A stretch of DNA of 64,000 nucleotides, taken from positions 1-64,000 of the forward strand of contig JAQGDQ010000662.1 in the NCBI GenBank assembly GCA_030141605.1, written 5' to 3'. This document shows, in pieces, positions 1 to 13,400 of this stretch; position 1 is the first letter of the stretch, and the number at the start of each line of letters is the position of its first letter. The notes beneath the pieces were generated by a model. That model was not told the origin of the DNA. It worked only from the letters and a program-made list of their open reading frames with translations, and made no database searches. The position numbers were made by a program, and so were the translations under genes. This DNA comes from Tubiluchus corallicola (Eukaryota; Animalia; Priapulida).

Positions 1-1240
1 ATACTTTCCTGTAACGTTCAGTACGCATTTTTTGGAGAAGAAACTGCATTTCTCTTCTGCTGGTTGTTCTCGTGGGTGGTAATAGAGGACAGTCATTCTT
101 AACAGTTTATTGAGATATTTAAGATACTGAGATAATGAGATATTGAAATGAAACCTTGAAACATCAAAATAAATAATATTAAGTCTAGTAGAAATATATC
201 TGGCGCTCGTATCATATGAAAAGTTAAACAGCTTCCGTGTTGATACATTATATGCAACCTTGAGTTTGCTAAGATTGTAAGAATAAAAATGTCTCCAAGT
301 GAACATAGAATAAAAAGTAGCGCAGTAAGTAGTGATGTATATGTATGGCTGGCTGACTGAATGACTGACGTACTTACTCGCGGGTTTACTTGTGGAAATT
401 TCGAAAAGTTTAGACATTTTTTAAAGACGCATTTACTCATGCAAGCGTACAGGTGAATATATTTTGAGATCTGTAAGCAAATTGAGTTTTATTCTTATTA
501 CTGTGACTGAAATACGTGGATTTTCTGTAATTCTTATATCTCTAAGTGCAATCTGGTGTAATATAAACTATTTTTCCTATCTGCTTCATAAATCATTTTG
601 AAATACAATAAGTTTTTTCGATATTTTTATTTTAATTTTATTAAACTTTTTTTTTACTAAACTTACTATGTGCCTTATTATTTATCTTCCATTTTGGTAT
701 TACTTTTACGTATTTTTGTGATGCATTCATGTACATATATAAATGGATTTTACACTATACAAAAATAAATAAACTTAAACTTAAAGGATTTTACACTATA
801 CAAAAATAAATAAACTTAAACATAAACTGAACTACCGACGGACTGAAAGAATGAACGAACGAAAGATTAAAGGAAGAACGAATGAATAAATGAGTGAATT
901 ACAGAGCTTATCGCAAAGTATCGTCACATGGCGTATGAAGGTTTATTTTAATAGGCTGGAAGCTCCCATATACCATGAACCTAATTAAGGAATGAGCAGT
1001 AAAATAATGTGGCTTCGTGGCTAATGTGGCTTCATGGCTTTTGATATAAACGCATTTTGCACAAACGACCATAAAACCAATTTTTATCTCTTTCGCTTGA
1101 AACTGTCACGACTCCGTAAAAAGATAATTCGATTTACGGCCTGATACAGTTTTATTCATGCCCTTTTGAAGTGTTTGTTTCAAATTCTGTAAAGAGTAGT
1201 TTGTTCATTATTCTCGTTAACTCACTCCTCAATTTCTTTA

Positions 1241-1770
1241 CTGGCGCACTCACAAGGTTTATCATAGAAAACTGTGGCGCACTCACAAGGTTTATCATAG
1301 AAAACTGTGGCGCACTCACAAGGTTTATCATAGAAAACTGTGGCGCACTCACAAGGTTTATCATAGAAAACTGTGACGCGCTCACAAGGTTTATCGTAGA
1401 AAACTGTGGCGCACTCACAAGGTTTATCATAGAAAACTGTGGCGCACTCACAAGGTTTATCATAGAAAACTGTGGCGCACTCACAAGGTTTATCATAGAA
1501 AACTGTGGCGCGCTCACAAGGTTTATCATAGAAAACCGTGGCGCACTCACAAGGTTTATCATAGAAAACTGTGGCGCGCTCACAAGGTTTATCATAGAAA
1601 ACTGTGGCGCGCTCACAAGGTTTATCATAGAAAACTGTGGCGCACTCACAAGGTTTATCATAGAAAACTGTGGCGCACTCACAAGGTTTATCATAGAAAA
1701 CTGTGACGCACTCACAAGGTTTATCATAGAAAACTGTGACGCGCTCACAAGGTTTATCATAGAAAACTGT
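1241..1770. repeat. 33-bp minisatellite, ~16 copies
   Basis: Unit CTGTGGCGCACTCACAAGGTTTATCATAGAAAA, head-to-tail. Confidence 0.95.
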
Positions 1771-2964
1771 TTACTAGAGTACACTGACATGAGGGGTTTA
1801 TTAACTCGGCTTTTTAGGACATTTAAAGGAAATTCTCTTATTTTTTGAGATATTTGACATCACGCTGAAATGGTTTATTCGAACGTGTTCATTAAGACGG
1901 TTTATACCAATATGGTTTATCATAACTGTTTATAGTCACGTTTCACAAGACCAGAAGTTGTTCCTATTATCACGTGGTCTATCAGAACGTTTTGTATGGT
2001 ATTTCAGCAGCAAAATGAAGCAGCTGTTATGGAGATGCCTCATAGGCACAGACAGAGATAAAAGAGATAGACAACTCGTTAAAATTTAATGCCTTCATCT
2101 TTATAACGTAAGACACCATCAACCAAATAACCATGATGTTGAGAAACAATAAACTGCCTCCATATTTATTGATATTTTTCTGAATCTTGTCTCCTCAGCA
2201 GCCCAAACATAAACTTTTATGTAAAAGTTTTGACAGTTGAGAAAGATTAGTACATAATGATAAATTTTCCACATGCAAGAGGAAAGTTGTTACTTTCTGA
2301 TTGCCTTCCTATCCCAGTCGCTTGCTGTCCGTTGTGTGGAAGTTGGAATTGTACATTGTAGTTAGGTGCTGCCATCTATGTGCTAATCCTGTTACATTCT
2401 ACCAGCTGACTTACCTTCAGTATAATTGTATGGTCCAATGAATACACACTGGTCCTCTCCCTATTTATGGTTGTTGTGAAGCCTGTGCAACTCTGCATAG
2501 GTCAAGTTCTATACCTGTATACTGGCTGTGAAACAGGTTCTACTGACTGTTTTTGATTTCTAGGTTTTGCTCAATGTTTAGTGCAGCAGTTTTGCTACTC
2601 ATGTTTTCTGTAGTTCAATAAATACTTTTCTGTTGTGTGCAGTGCAAATATTTATTATAGATTTTTGGTTACTATCCATACTTCTCTGTGTCTAAACTCA
2701 ATCATAACAAAGTGATTGAACAACAACTTCAAAAATGACTTCACATATTGTATCTACATCATGTTCGAAGTCTATGTAGTTAAACTTGTGCTTTCTATCA
2801 ATTCTAGCGAATCTAAATCAAAATCACAGAGTAGACCTAGTCAAAACTGAGTGCTGTTGTAACCCAGTGTTTTAAAAATGCTGAAAACTAATTAAAGATA
2901 GAGAAATTTTAGTGCACGTTACTCAACAAGTGCAAAAAGTTCTACCATTAACTTTAGTTACATT

Positions 2965-3151
2965 CATCTAGCCTGGGTCACTTATGTGAGTTACGTAAAT
3001 CAAAACTATTACATCAAAAACTGTCATCTCGCCTGGGTCTCTTATGTGAGTTACGTAAATCAAAACTATTACATCAAAAACTGTCATCTCGCCTGGCTCT
3101 CTTATGTGAGTTACGTAAATCAAAACTATTACATCAAAAACTGTCATCTCG
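2965..3151. repeat. 60-bp tandem repeat, 3 copies, followed by (TA)n at ~3196-3239
   Basis: CTTATGTGAGTTACGTAAATCAAAACTATTACATCAAAAACTGT recurs at 2981, 3041, 3101. Confidence 0.95.
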
Positions 3152-3193
3152 TCCAGTGTAGAACTATTCATTAAAATAATACTAAATAATAAG

Positions 3194-3243
<50 letters not shown>

Positions 3244-3629
3244 GCACATATGTAGACTTGACACTTATTGTACTAGTGCGTACATTTAGTAATACAAAGA
3301 ACACCTGATTAAGAAAAAAACTACTTTCGTCTCAATTGACCGTTCACCCTTTAGTAAACTATCCTGCAATAGAATCGTGTTGACCTACTTAATAGGTAGA
3401 TGACCTACGTAATGACCTATGTAAAATTTATCACATATGTGACAAGAGAATTATTTGTACTAATAACGACAGAGTTGGCAGGAACATTTGAACATATAAA
3501 CTGACAATGATCAGGACATCTATAAATGATATTAACATGAACAAATATGTATAATATAGAAAATTATTGCCAAAAAATGGACGGAATGCAAATGAAAATC
3601 AATGCATCAGGAAACTTCAACCGTGCACG

Positions 3630-4770
3630 ATCTATCACTTGATAGGCTGAGCAAACAAGTGCACAGTAAGCATGGCACCATCTATCACTTGATATGCTGA
3701 GTAAACAAGTGAACAGTAAGCATGGCACCATCTATCACTTGTATGCTGAGCAAACAAGTGAACAGTAAGCGTGGCACCATCTATCACTTGATATGCTGAG
3801 TAATTAAGTGAACAGTAAGCATGGCACCATGTATCACTTGATATGCTGAGCAAACAAGTGAACAGTAAGCATGGCACCATCTATCACTTGATATGCTGAG
3901 TAAACAAGTGAACAGTAAGCGTGGCACCATCTATCACTTGATATGCTGAGCAAACAAGTGAACAGTAAGCATAGGATCATCTATCACTTGTATGCTGAGC
4001 AAACAAGTGAACAGTAAGCGTGGCACCATCTATCACTTGTATGCTGAGTAAACAAGTGAACAGTAAGCGTGGCACCATCTATCACTTGATATGCTGAGTA
4101 ATTAAGTGAACAGTAAGCGTGGCACCATCTATCACTTGATATGCTGAGTAATTAAGTGAACAGTAAGCGTGGCACCATCTATCACTTGATATGCTGAGCA
4201 AACAAGTGAACAGTAAGCGTGGCACCACCTATCACTTGATATGCTGAGCAAACAAGTGAACAGTAAGCATAGCACCATCTATCACTTGTATGCTGAGCAA
4301 ACAAGTGAACAGTAAGCGTGGCACCATCTATCACTTGATATGCTGAGCAAACAAGTGAACAGTAAGCATGGCACCATCTATCACTTGTATGCTGAGCAAA
4401 CAAGTGAACAGTAAGCGTGGCACCATCTGTCACTTGATATGCTGCGTAAACAAGTGAACAGTAAGTGTGGCACCATCTATCACTTGATATGCTGCGTAAA
4501 CAAGTGAACAGTAAGCATGGCACCATCTATCACTTGATATGCTGAGTAATTAAGTGAACAGTAAGCATGGCACCATCTATCACTTGATATGCTGAGCAAA
4601 CAAGTGAACAGTAAGCGTGGCACCATCTATCACTTGATATGCTGAGCAAACAAGTGAACAGTAAGCATAGGATCATCTATCACTTGATATACGGAGTGAA
4701 TAGTAACCATGCCACCATCTATTATTTGATATGCTGAGTAAACAAATGAACAGTAAGCATGGCACCATCA
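3630..4770. repeat. 49-50-bp minisatellite, ~23 copies
   Basis: Unit CATCTATCACTTGATATGCTGAGCAAACAAGTGAACAGTAAGCGTGGCAC. Confidence 0.95.
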
Positions 4771-7360
4771 AGCAGACATAATCATCAATTCCTTGTAACT
4801 TAACATTTTCTTTAAAACTTCATGTTGCACTAACATTGTAATAAGTGCGAAAATGCACTCAAGGAACAACTAACAAACAAAAGATAATAATAAACAATCA
4901 TGGTAAACACTTCCAATAAAGTTTTTTAAATTCTTTATAACAAGAACAATATCCACTTCATAACGGCCCACTATGTAATCAATTGTATCAAATTTTTATT
5001 GGAAAAATTCAACGTTTATTTGACTATCCACATCAGAGAAACTAACAACAGTTTTGATTTTAATAGAATAAATTAAATTTTACATCCAGCTAGAAATATC
5101 ATTAAAAGCATTTTACTGTCTAAATATACTGTTTTTTTTTAATTAATCAATAATGATTGATTGCATTTTTCTTATTGTATCCGCTATGATTATTGTTTCT
5201 ATAGATGTTCGTTATGATTGTCATAATTAGAGGCTGAAGCTGAGTCAGTTGCTACTACATCAGCTGACTCACACAGTAAATCAGCTAATTCGGTTGAGGT
5301 TGACTGACTTTTCAGCTGAGTTGGCTTAAAGAAAAAAATCAGCTAAGTCAGCTAAAGCTGCGATTTTTTTAGCTAAATAAATGACAAATTGTTAGTTAAC
5401 TGTTAAATTATGAAGACAAATTTTTTAAATAATTTGTGTTGCTTATACACAGAAAAACGCTGATGTACAAATTTAAATAATGCACTTAGAGATCATCACG
5501 ACTCGTAATGTTTTTGTTGTTGTTTTGAATTTAAAAGTATTCTTTATATTTTTCCAGCTGCTAGTGTACAATAAAAGTGTTGAATTTTTCTAAAAGAAAC
5601 TGAATAAAATTAATTATACAGTTGACTGTTTATGAAACTTCCAATAAAACTTGTACAATCAAAAGTGACCATTGAGCAAAAACATGATGCAGTTTATCTC
5701 ACAGCCGATAACTAATATAAACAACGAAAAAAACAAATTACATTTGAATAAAATAGTAGCACCAAGCATCAGAAACATGAGGTATTTGTGTTTTTTTTCA
5801 TTAAACTTATGCATCCAGAAATGGAATGATGAGAATTCAGTAAAATACACAACAACCAATTGACACTGATGTTCTAAATTCATGTACAAATAATGAATTA
5901 ACTACATTCAGGTGAAGGTTCAGACCTCTCAACTCTTAAAATTTTACCACGAGTCTCAGATTTTTACCTCGTTTCTTACAATCTAGTGGTTGGCATTAGC
6001 TTTCTCAAGGCAAACAAAAACACGAAACTTTTCTTCTGCAAACCACTTTGGAACGCTGCCAACCACGTCCAAACAGACCCATTAATAAGATAATTTTGCA
6101 TGGAAAACAATCAGGACCAGCCACCAAATTTATCAACGTATTGAATTAGCGAAGTTACTATGAAGTTGTTTAACATTTAATTACATCTTTTCGACAAAAA
6201 GTTTTGCACATAGAGATCACAACCTGGTTTTACATTTGCCATTTAAATTTCCGGGTTTGAATGAAGACTCTCCTGCTTTCCACAGCTTTTTTGTTAATCT
6301 CCAGATTTGCTGTCTTCTCTCATTGAGAGGTCTGAAACTTTGAACTTGTTCTCGATAACCTAACTGTGACATTTGCAGCAAAATGAAGAAAACATAAAAG
6401 AAGAGAAAACTCTTTCTTAAAAAAAGTTTTTGGTTGAGCATGTAGCTAAAGAAATCCTTGGCTAAATGAAGTATGTGCACGTGCTGCCATCTAGGACAAA
6501 AGTTGCAAAGCTAAGGCGATGGTGATGGCATTACATACAAACCTTAAACATGCAATTTTTTGTTGTTCTTCAAACACTGAAACATTAACTTAAAAAAAAA
6601 ACGGACAATTGTGTAAACATTTGTTCAGAATAAAGAATGCTCTAAAATATTGAAAACTATAATAGCTTATTTTAAATCAAAGCTTAGATTAAATAATAAT
6701 TACCTCGGATACTCAAATGTCATTAAACTTTCAAAGCTACGCACGACTGAGTGAATCTACTAGGCGTCTTTTTGTCACATGTGTGTGGCCGACAAATAGA
6801 AGGCGGTACCGTGATAACCATGATCATGAACTGCAGTGTTAGTTCTGATGTCATATGATGTAGAATCCATTTTCGTGATATCACGCGTTTAGAGAAACAG
6901 TAACACTTACGCAAACATGCTTGAAGTGCAAAGGAAGATGCCTGCCATTGCACAAACTGTAGTTAGTTTCTGGCATAAGCAATAGCAGTGTTCAGTTGCC
7001 GTTAATTAACGTTCTAAACCAATTATTCAAATATAAAGAACAATTGTTAACTTTTATAGGCAAGAAAATGTATATTTTAGGACAGTAAATTAAAATGAGA
7101 TTGAGTGTAAACAATTGTCCGGTCTTCCTTTAAGAGCTAAAAGACTGCTGTAAGCAATGATTCAGTGTTTAGTTACAAGCCAAAAGCCAGCCTACGTAAT
7201 GTCTCGTTGATTGTAAATCAATATTGACAGGTGAAAATTAATCAGATCTCGTATAACCTGAGGCCGCCACCAAATTTTTCCTCATCATCGACTCGTTCAG
7301 CCTGGACAAAACTTAGAACAATGATGTCCTTCAACATACAAGCAGCTACGAGTGCAACGT

Positions 7361-7481
7361 TCATCCTTCGTAGCATGCATCCGTCTTTGCGCTCGTGTCG
7401 GCCGCAGACGGACCACTAACAAATGGCCGAACTTGACAGTCGCCCTCCTCTAGCGAGGCATATGCAGCGACATCTCTGAGG
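7361..7481 (-). CDS. rGC probable terminal coding exon 25
   Basis: CTGCTCTTTCAG acceptor, GC-richer than flanks, phase-compatible frame [20 protein letters not shown]...ACYEG-stop. No conserved motif confirms it. Confidence 0.6.
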
Positions 7482-10400
7482 CTGAAAGAGCAGAAAAGTG
7501 TGTTAGGGGCGTCAAAGCAGCTTCCTTAACTCAGCATTGCAGCCACACAAAATTTCCTGGATAATGCATTCGAAATGTAGAATTTATGCAGTCAAAAGTA
7601 AAGACCCATAGTTACTGAAGGTCGGTAATGAAATCATTTAGTGAGAATGACCAATGGCCATCGTTACAGTCGTTATTAGTGAAGAAAGCAAAACATCTCG
7701 CCAGCTGCTTTAACACCCCTCGACGCTTGTCTGCTCCACCAGGAGGTTAAAATCAACACAAATTATCGTACAGCTACGCACAATTGAGCAAAATACAGGC
7801 AGGTGTGCGAGTTAGCACAGTAACTAATTAGTACTAACTACTAACTAACTAACTACTCAGTACTAACTAGCCACTATTTGCACCTGTTGAATGTATTCGT
7901 GCTAAGTGATTTCAGCTAAAGCTACCAAAAAATAATATTAATTTTGCATAGAGATAATATCTTAAAAAGGATCAACATATGATTTAGACGCGTATCATTG
8001 TGACTGAAATGTTAGTACGTTATGATTGACCAATGGTAAATAAATACAAATCTTCTTAGAATACATTACCCTGCTCATAGCATCTTCCAAAATGAATAAT
8101 TCTGGTACAAAAACCTATTTACAGACTGCTATGGCTAACGTTTTTTTACACAACAATGTACCTCTAACATGCACACATCTACAAATTCAAAGCGGAAAAA
8201 AGGAAATTGAACTTCATAAATCTAGTTTAACTGGATACGGTGAAGTTCAACAATTTCCTCCATAACTCGTTAGCCAGAGACAGACCGGGCCAATTTCTTT
8301 GTATCCATCAAAATTTTTAAAGTTTTTTTTTTCATGTAAACGATAATTATTACATACAATTTCTATAACTACTACAGATTTCTAAATACTGTAGTGCCCT
8401 AGAATTGAAGAAGAGCGGAGTGCTATTCGAATGCATTACCCAACTGCTGTTTACAACGATCAATGAAAAAATAATCTAAATTAGTTTCGTTTGCTACTGA
8501 TTTATTACAGATAATGGTGAGAAAAAACTAGCATAGCATCCTCAACGGATGAATTCATACTGGAAAGTAGACCTTCTCAAGAGAAAGCAATTCTTGCGAA
8601 TAAAAGAACGTGATGAGCACCATCAAAGCAAATGGGAAATGATTTTTCTAAGCGAAGAGATGCTTGTAAAATTAACAGGAAATACTTTGCCAGCCCCGAT
8701 TCTTAGAAAAGAAATAAATGTGACGATCATGCATCTCCATTTGCATTAACTATCTACAGAAAATAGTCATGGAAGATTTCTTGTAACAGTCACTAAACTT
8801 AAACAAAGTTCTCACAGAACACTTTCTGAAAAGGCCGACTTCCCATTACAAGTATCTTCTACAAGTCTGGTTTATACATCGTCTGTTTGTTTTCTTCTGC
8901 AAACACGCATGTGCAATGCACTTCAACAGTGGCAATTGTAAACTTTTCCCAGGAATCTCATCCAAGAAAAATCTGTGTTACAATGCACATCTCACTTGTG
9001 CGTCTTTCGCGTGAACGCTGGGCATGTCGGCCCGATTAAAATTCAAAACCAGACGAAGTACAAACCGGACCTGAGTGAATATCTATCCTTGGATGACCAG
9101 TTACATTCATTTTTCTATGAAATACTATGCAGATATGAATGGGTCAACTGTCACTGGGTGGTTTTCGTTCAAATACAAATATTTCAGCACCCATCACAAG
9201 AACTCTCAACCAGCATTATTAATGTAAACAGTCATTTCGAACTTTAGAATTTACATTTAAATTAGACTATTAGTGATCATCTTTTAAACTGTCAGAGTGA
9301 CCTTAAATATTCTCTAATGGTGTGTTCACACTAGCAAGTAACTTGCAAGCATGTTCAGACTAGAGAATAAAACTTGCTGCAAGTTACACTCTGCCAGCAA
9401 GAGTGAGCTGACACTCACTTCACTATTCACTGCAAGAAGTGTCAATCGTAACTTCCCTAGGCGTTCACACTAAATAATAACTTGCAGCAACTGTCGGAGA
9501 GTTTGCAATAACTTGCCGACAGTAACTCACGACAAAAACTTGCTAGTGTGAACATGCCATTAGTGCTAGCGGTGGTTCATTTAGTTTATTCCAGTTACTA
9601 CATCATAATAATTAAATGTTAATTGGGTTAAACTGAATATTTGCTAAAATTTAGTTCCATAGACCAGACTAAGCCAATTTTTATTCTCTTTGTATAGTCT
9701 ATTGCCATTGCCACTCTAAAGGTTTTAATTTTAAATTCTAAAGTTTTAAATTATAGTTTGCATTAATTACATTCATGAGGGCTCCCGTAAACAGGTGAGG
9801 AAATATTTCGTATTTGAATAAAAACTATCCGTTGACACATTCATATCTGGTTAGTACTAAGCAAAAGTTTCAAATTTATATTGCATTTCTGTTCCATTGT
9901 TCGTCATCGCCGCATTGTTTTCGGCTTTTACTTAATAGTCAGTTCTACATCATTGTTGACAGTAAGCCTTTGTTTCAAATTGCATTATTTTCTAAGACTA
10001 TCAGCATTACATTGTTCTATGTTTTCTATCATTGTTCATCATCATTACATTGTTCTGCGTCATTTACTACTGTTCATTGACAGGTATAATTATCCTCTCA
10101 TGGTCAATCATAGCTGCAAATGAAGAGACGCAAGTCGTAATCAACAGAAGTAGAATGAGCATCAACAATGATAAAGAAAATTCATCACTAAAAAATCTAA
10201 TGTTTTTTAAATTAATAATAAAAGTCGTTAGGAAATTATAGGCGAAAACAATGTATTGTTCGGGGACATGAAAATTACCACTTACTCGTCGTAACGGGGT
10301 AGCGGCTTATTGTAACCTCTTTTCCCATATAGCCAGTAGGTATTGACGATTTTACCCTGAAAAAGAAACATTACAATCTTTACAACAATACAGCTTTACA

Positions 10401-13400
10401 ATGGGTGGAGGTTTTTTGCCCGAAATAGTCTAACCGAGGTTGTGAATCAGTGTTGCTATGCTGGTTTTCGTCATTCACTGGGATGAGATAATTTAATTTT
10501 CTTTTCAAGATAGTAAAAGAACATTTCATTACACGGGAGAGACTTAGGCAACATGACCACAGTGACAAACAGATGAAAAACAAGTAAGCCTTTTCACAGT
10601 TTTGTTGTGCTCACGCGGAGTTGTTGTAGCTCAAAGGTTAAGTGTACCACAGCAACAAGTGTTAACTAACAAACCCCATGTAGCATGCGGGTAAAGCAAA
10701 GTCATCTGCCGCATCAGTTCAGTAACTTCTGTTGTTTTACGTGAGCTTTACTTAATTATGCATAAGTCTGCGCGTACAGTGATCTACTAGCAGGATCTTG
10801 CTTGGGAACAGCTGTTAAAATTGTTACTATTACAATAGCTCGGGCTGCGAGGCGCTGTCAAGTGTACACAAATATGTTGTCTGGTACACCTAACCTTTGA
10901 CCTTTTCACCAACACCGTCAATCGCTCGAACTGTGAAAAGGCTTACTAACAAGGTAGGTTCATTTTGAGATGATATTACGGCAATAGAATATATGTTTCA
11001 GGAGATATAGCACTTATTCCTGTGAAACATACCCGAAGCTTATCAACATTAACACAGTAGGCGCCGCTTTATAAACTCACTTTGGTGCCGCCGTGTTTTG
11101 ACCCTATTAACCAACTGAACCTATTAACCAATGGGTGTAGTACTACTGGCACAGAAGTATAAGTCACCAGTTTACTATGCACTGCAAAGGTGTTTAATCA
11201 ATTTTAGAAACGAACTAATGCCTAAGTTCCTTTGTGCAGTTAAAAATTAGAAAAAATATTTTAAAATATTAATTTATGTAAGTGAATTAGCAATAAGTTA
11301 AAAAGTATACTTTTCTAAATCACAGATTTTTCTAAGTCTGAAATTACAAAAATTACAAAAATTCCTACAAGGTCGGCTGCTTTATTTTCTCACAAAGAAA
11401 TTGGCCCACAAAGTTCTCGTAATTATAAAAATGTTGAAAATCTGTTGTTGTGCATGACAAAAACAGTTCTGAATCGTCTGCTCACTTACTCTGCTCTTAT
11501 TTGATGTTTACTCTTGTAAGTCACAAGGAATACCGGCTGATTACTGTACCTGCATCTTTGACTGTTAACTCATTAAGCCTGAAAGCGTGATTTGCAACGA
11601 GAGCATCAAAAGGAAACCGCTAGGGAAGTGATTAAATGTTTAGCTTCCAGAAATTCTTTGGGTAACAGTGGGCAACAGATTCAAAGCAAAACCGCTACCC
11701 TAGCGTATTAGTGCATGATAAACGTACCTGTTTATAAACAAAATGGTACTTAACATAATTGTTTCTACATATATAATGCACAAAAGGGAAGTAAAGATGA
11801 CATAAAAGTAGGAAAGGCTCTTTGGTGACATACAAATATCTTATTTTAAGTAGGTGAATGAAAAATATTGAGTCAATTAAGCTGAATTATTTAAGTCAAT
11901 TACCGATAGTTTTTATGTATATTTGAATAGAAGCGTTTTTGAGTCAATAAAGCAATTGAGCCTATTAACCTAAAGTCCATTAAGCAGCGCCTACTGTAGT
12001 AAAAAAGTATTAATTTTCCCATACCTTCGTCATGTCACCATTCTCAGTACTCTTTAGCGGACGCTAAAGAGAAAGAAATATTTTCAAAAATATTATATCA
12101 ATCAAAATTTAAAATTTTGACCAAATTTGGATCTACCATCATTTTAAGATCGGTCGGGTCTTAGTGACTTTTTTCGGTTCTGGAACTAAATTGAATCAAA
12201 ATAAACTCAAGCCGATGTTGATAAGCTGGAGCCAAAGTGGACTCGTCTGGAATGCCAGACAGCTTGATCAAAATGCTTAAATTACAAAAAAGATCACCTA
12301 TCCAGCTACCCATTAAAATCAGTGCTGTTTCAATTTCAGAATGATGTAATGTAAAGATATGTCAAGAAAACATAAATAAAAATGTAAAAACTGCTGTCGT
12401 CATCATCATTATCATCATCACCACCGCCGCCGCCACCACCACCACCACCAGCACCACCCCCACCGCCACCTCGATCATCGACCGCTGTCATGATGGATCA
12501 CCATCACCACCACCATCATCGACCGCTGTCATGATGGCCACAGCCAATGTCAATAGCATCATCACTGTCATTGTCGTCATTATCAGTGCTAACAACTCCA
12601 GCATTTTCGTCGTCGTCGTCATTGCCAGCAATGCCACCATCAACACCAACAACATCATTATCGCTGCCGTCATCACCAACATCATCACCATAAACACCGT
12701 ACCTTGATACTCATCTCCCCACGCTTGTTCATTTCGTAACCTTCATTTGAGCATCTTAAACCTTTGAAGAAATGTTCGCTGATCTGAATGCGATTTGCTG
12801 CAAAAACAAAAAAAACAACTTCATCAGAAGTCCACGTTAAAAACAGCCTTACACCTATATTTAAAAAAATATAACAACAAAGCTATTACAATGGGTTGAC
12901 TCTTGCAGGACCGTATAAGCAATTGCTGCATTTTGCATGGGTTCATGAAAAACTGCTCCCACTAAGCAGCGATTACATTATACTTGACAATTTCTCTAGG
13001 TTTCTACTCCTCACACAATGGATTTTCTTGCAAAATTATATATGAAATGCATTTGCTTACATTAGACAAATTAAAAATCGTTTTTAACTGAAAAATTGAA
13101 AAAAGGCTTTCAGTAACTACGCTATTTGCACTGCAACAAAGTACAGTATCACTTGTGTGCAATCGGCTAATGCAGAAAATTTCAACTATCACGCAAGTGT
13201 ACGCCAGACCAAGTTACTTGATAAGCAAAGCTGGAGTGCCTGAAAAGGGCGTGCTTTTCTTAATTTTGTACTATTAGTTTGCCTTTCCAGAAACTTTCAA
13301 ATGGACTATAATTTATACACAAACGATTATCTAGCAGTACGGAATAAGAAATTTCACATTCTTGGGACTGACATGCCTAAATGAAAAAAATAGAACTTAG

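Noticed and set aside
200-830. Possible decayed L2 LINE 3' end (FRHFLKTHLLMQAY-stop, duplicated AATAAATAAACTTAAA tail)
   Set aside because: Only a short motif resemblance amid many stops; too weak to call.
1152-1848. Long ORFs on both strands with 11-aa repeats
   Set aside because: They arise from a stop-free 33-bp minisatellite; no splice context or domain similarity.
3630-4770. CRISPR-like appearance of the regular arrays (also 1241-1770 and 44195-44810)
   Set aside because: Units are head-to-tail with no unique spacers, there are no cas genes, and the DNA is eukaryotic.
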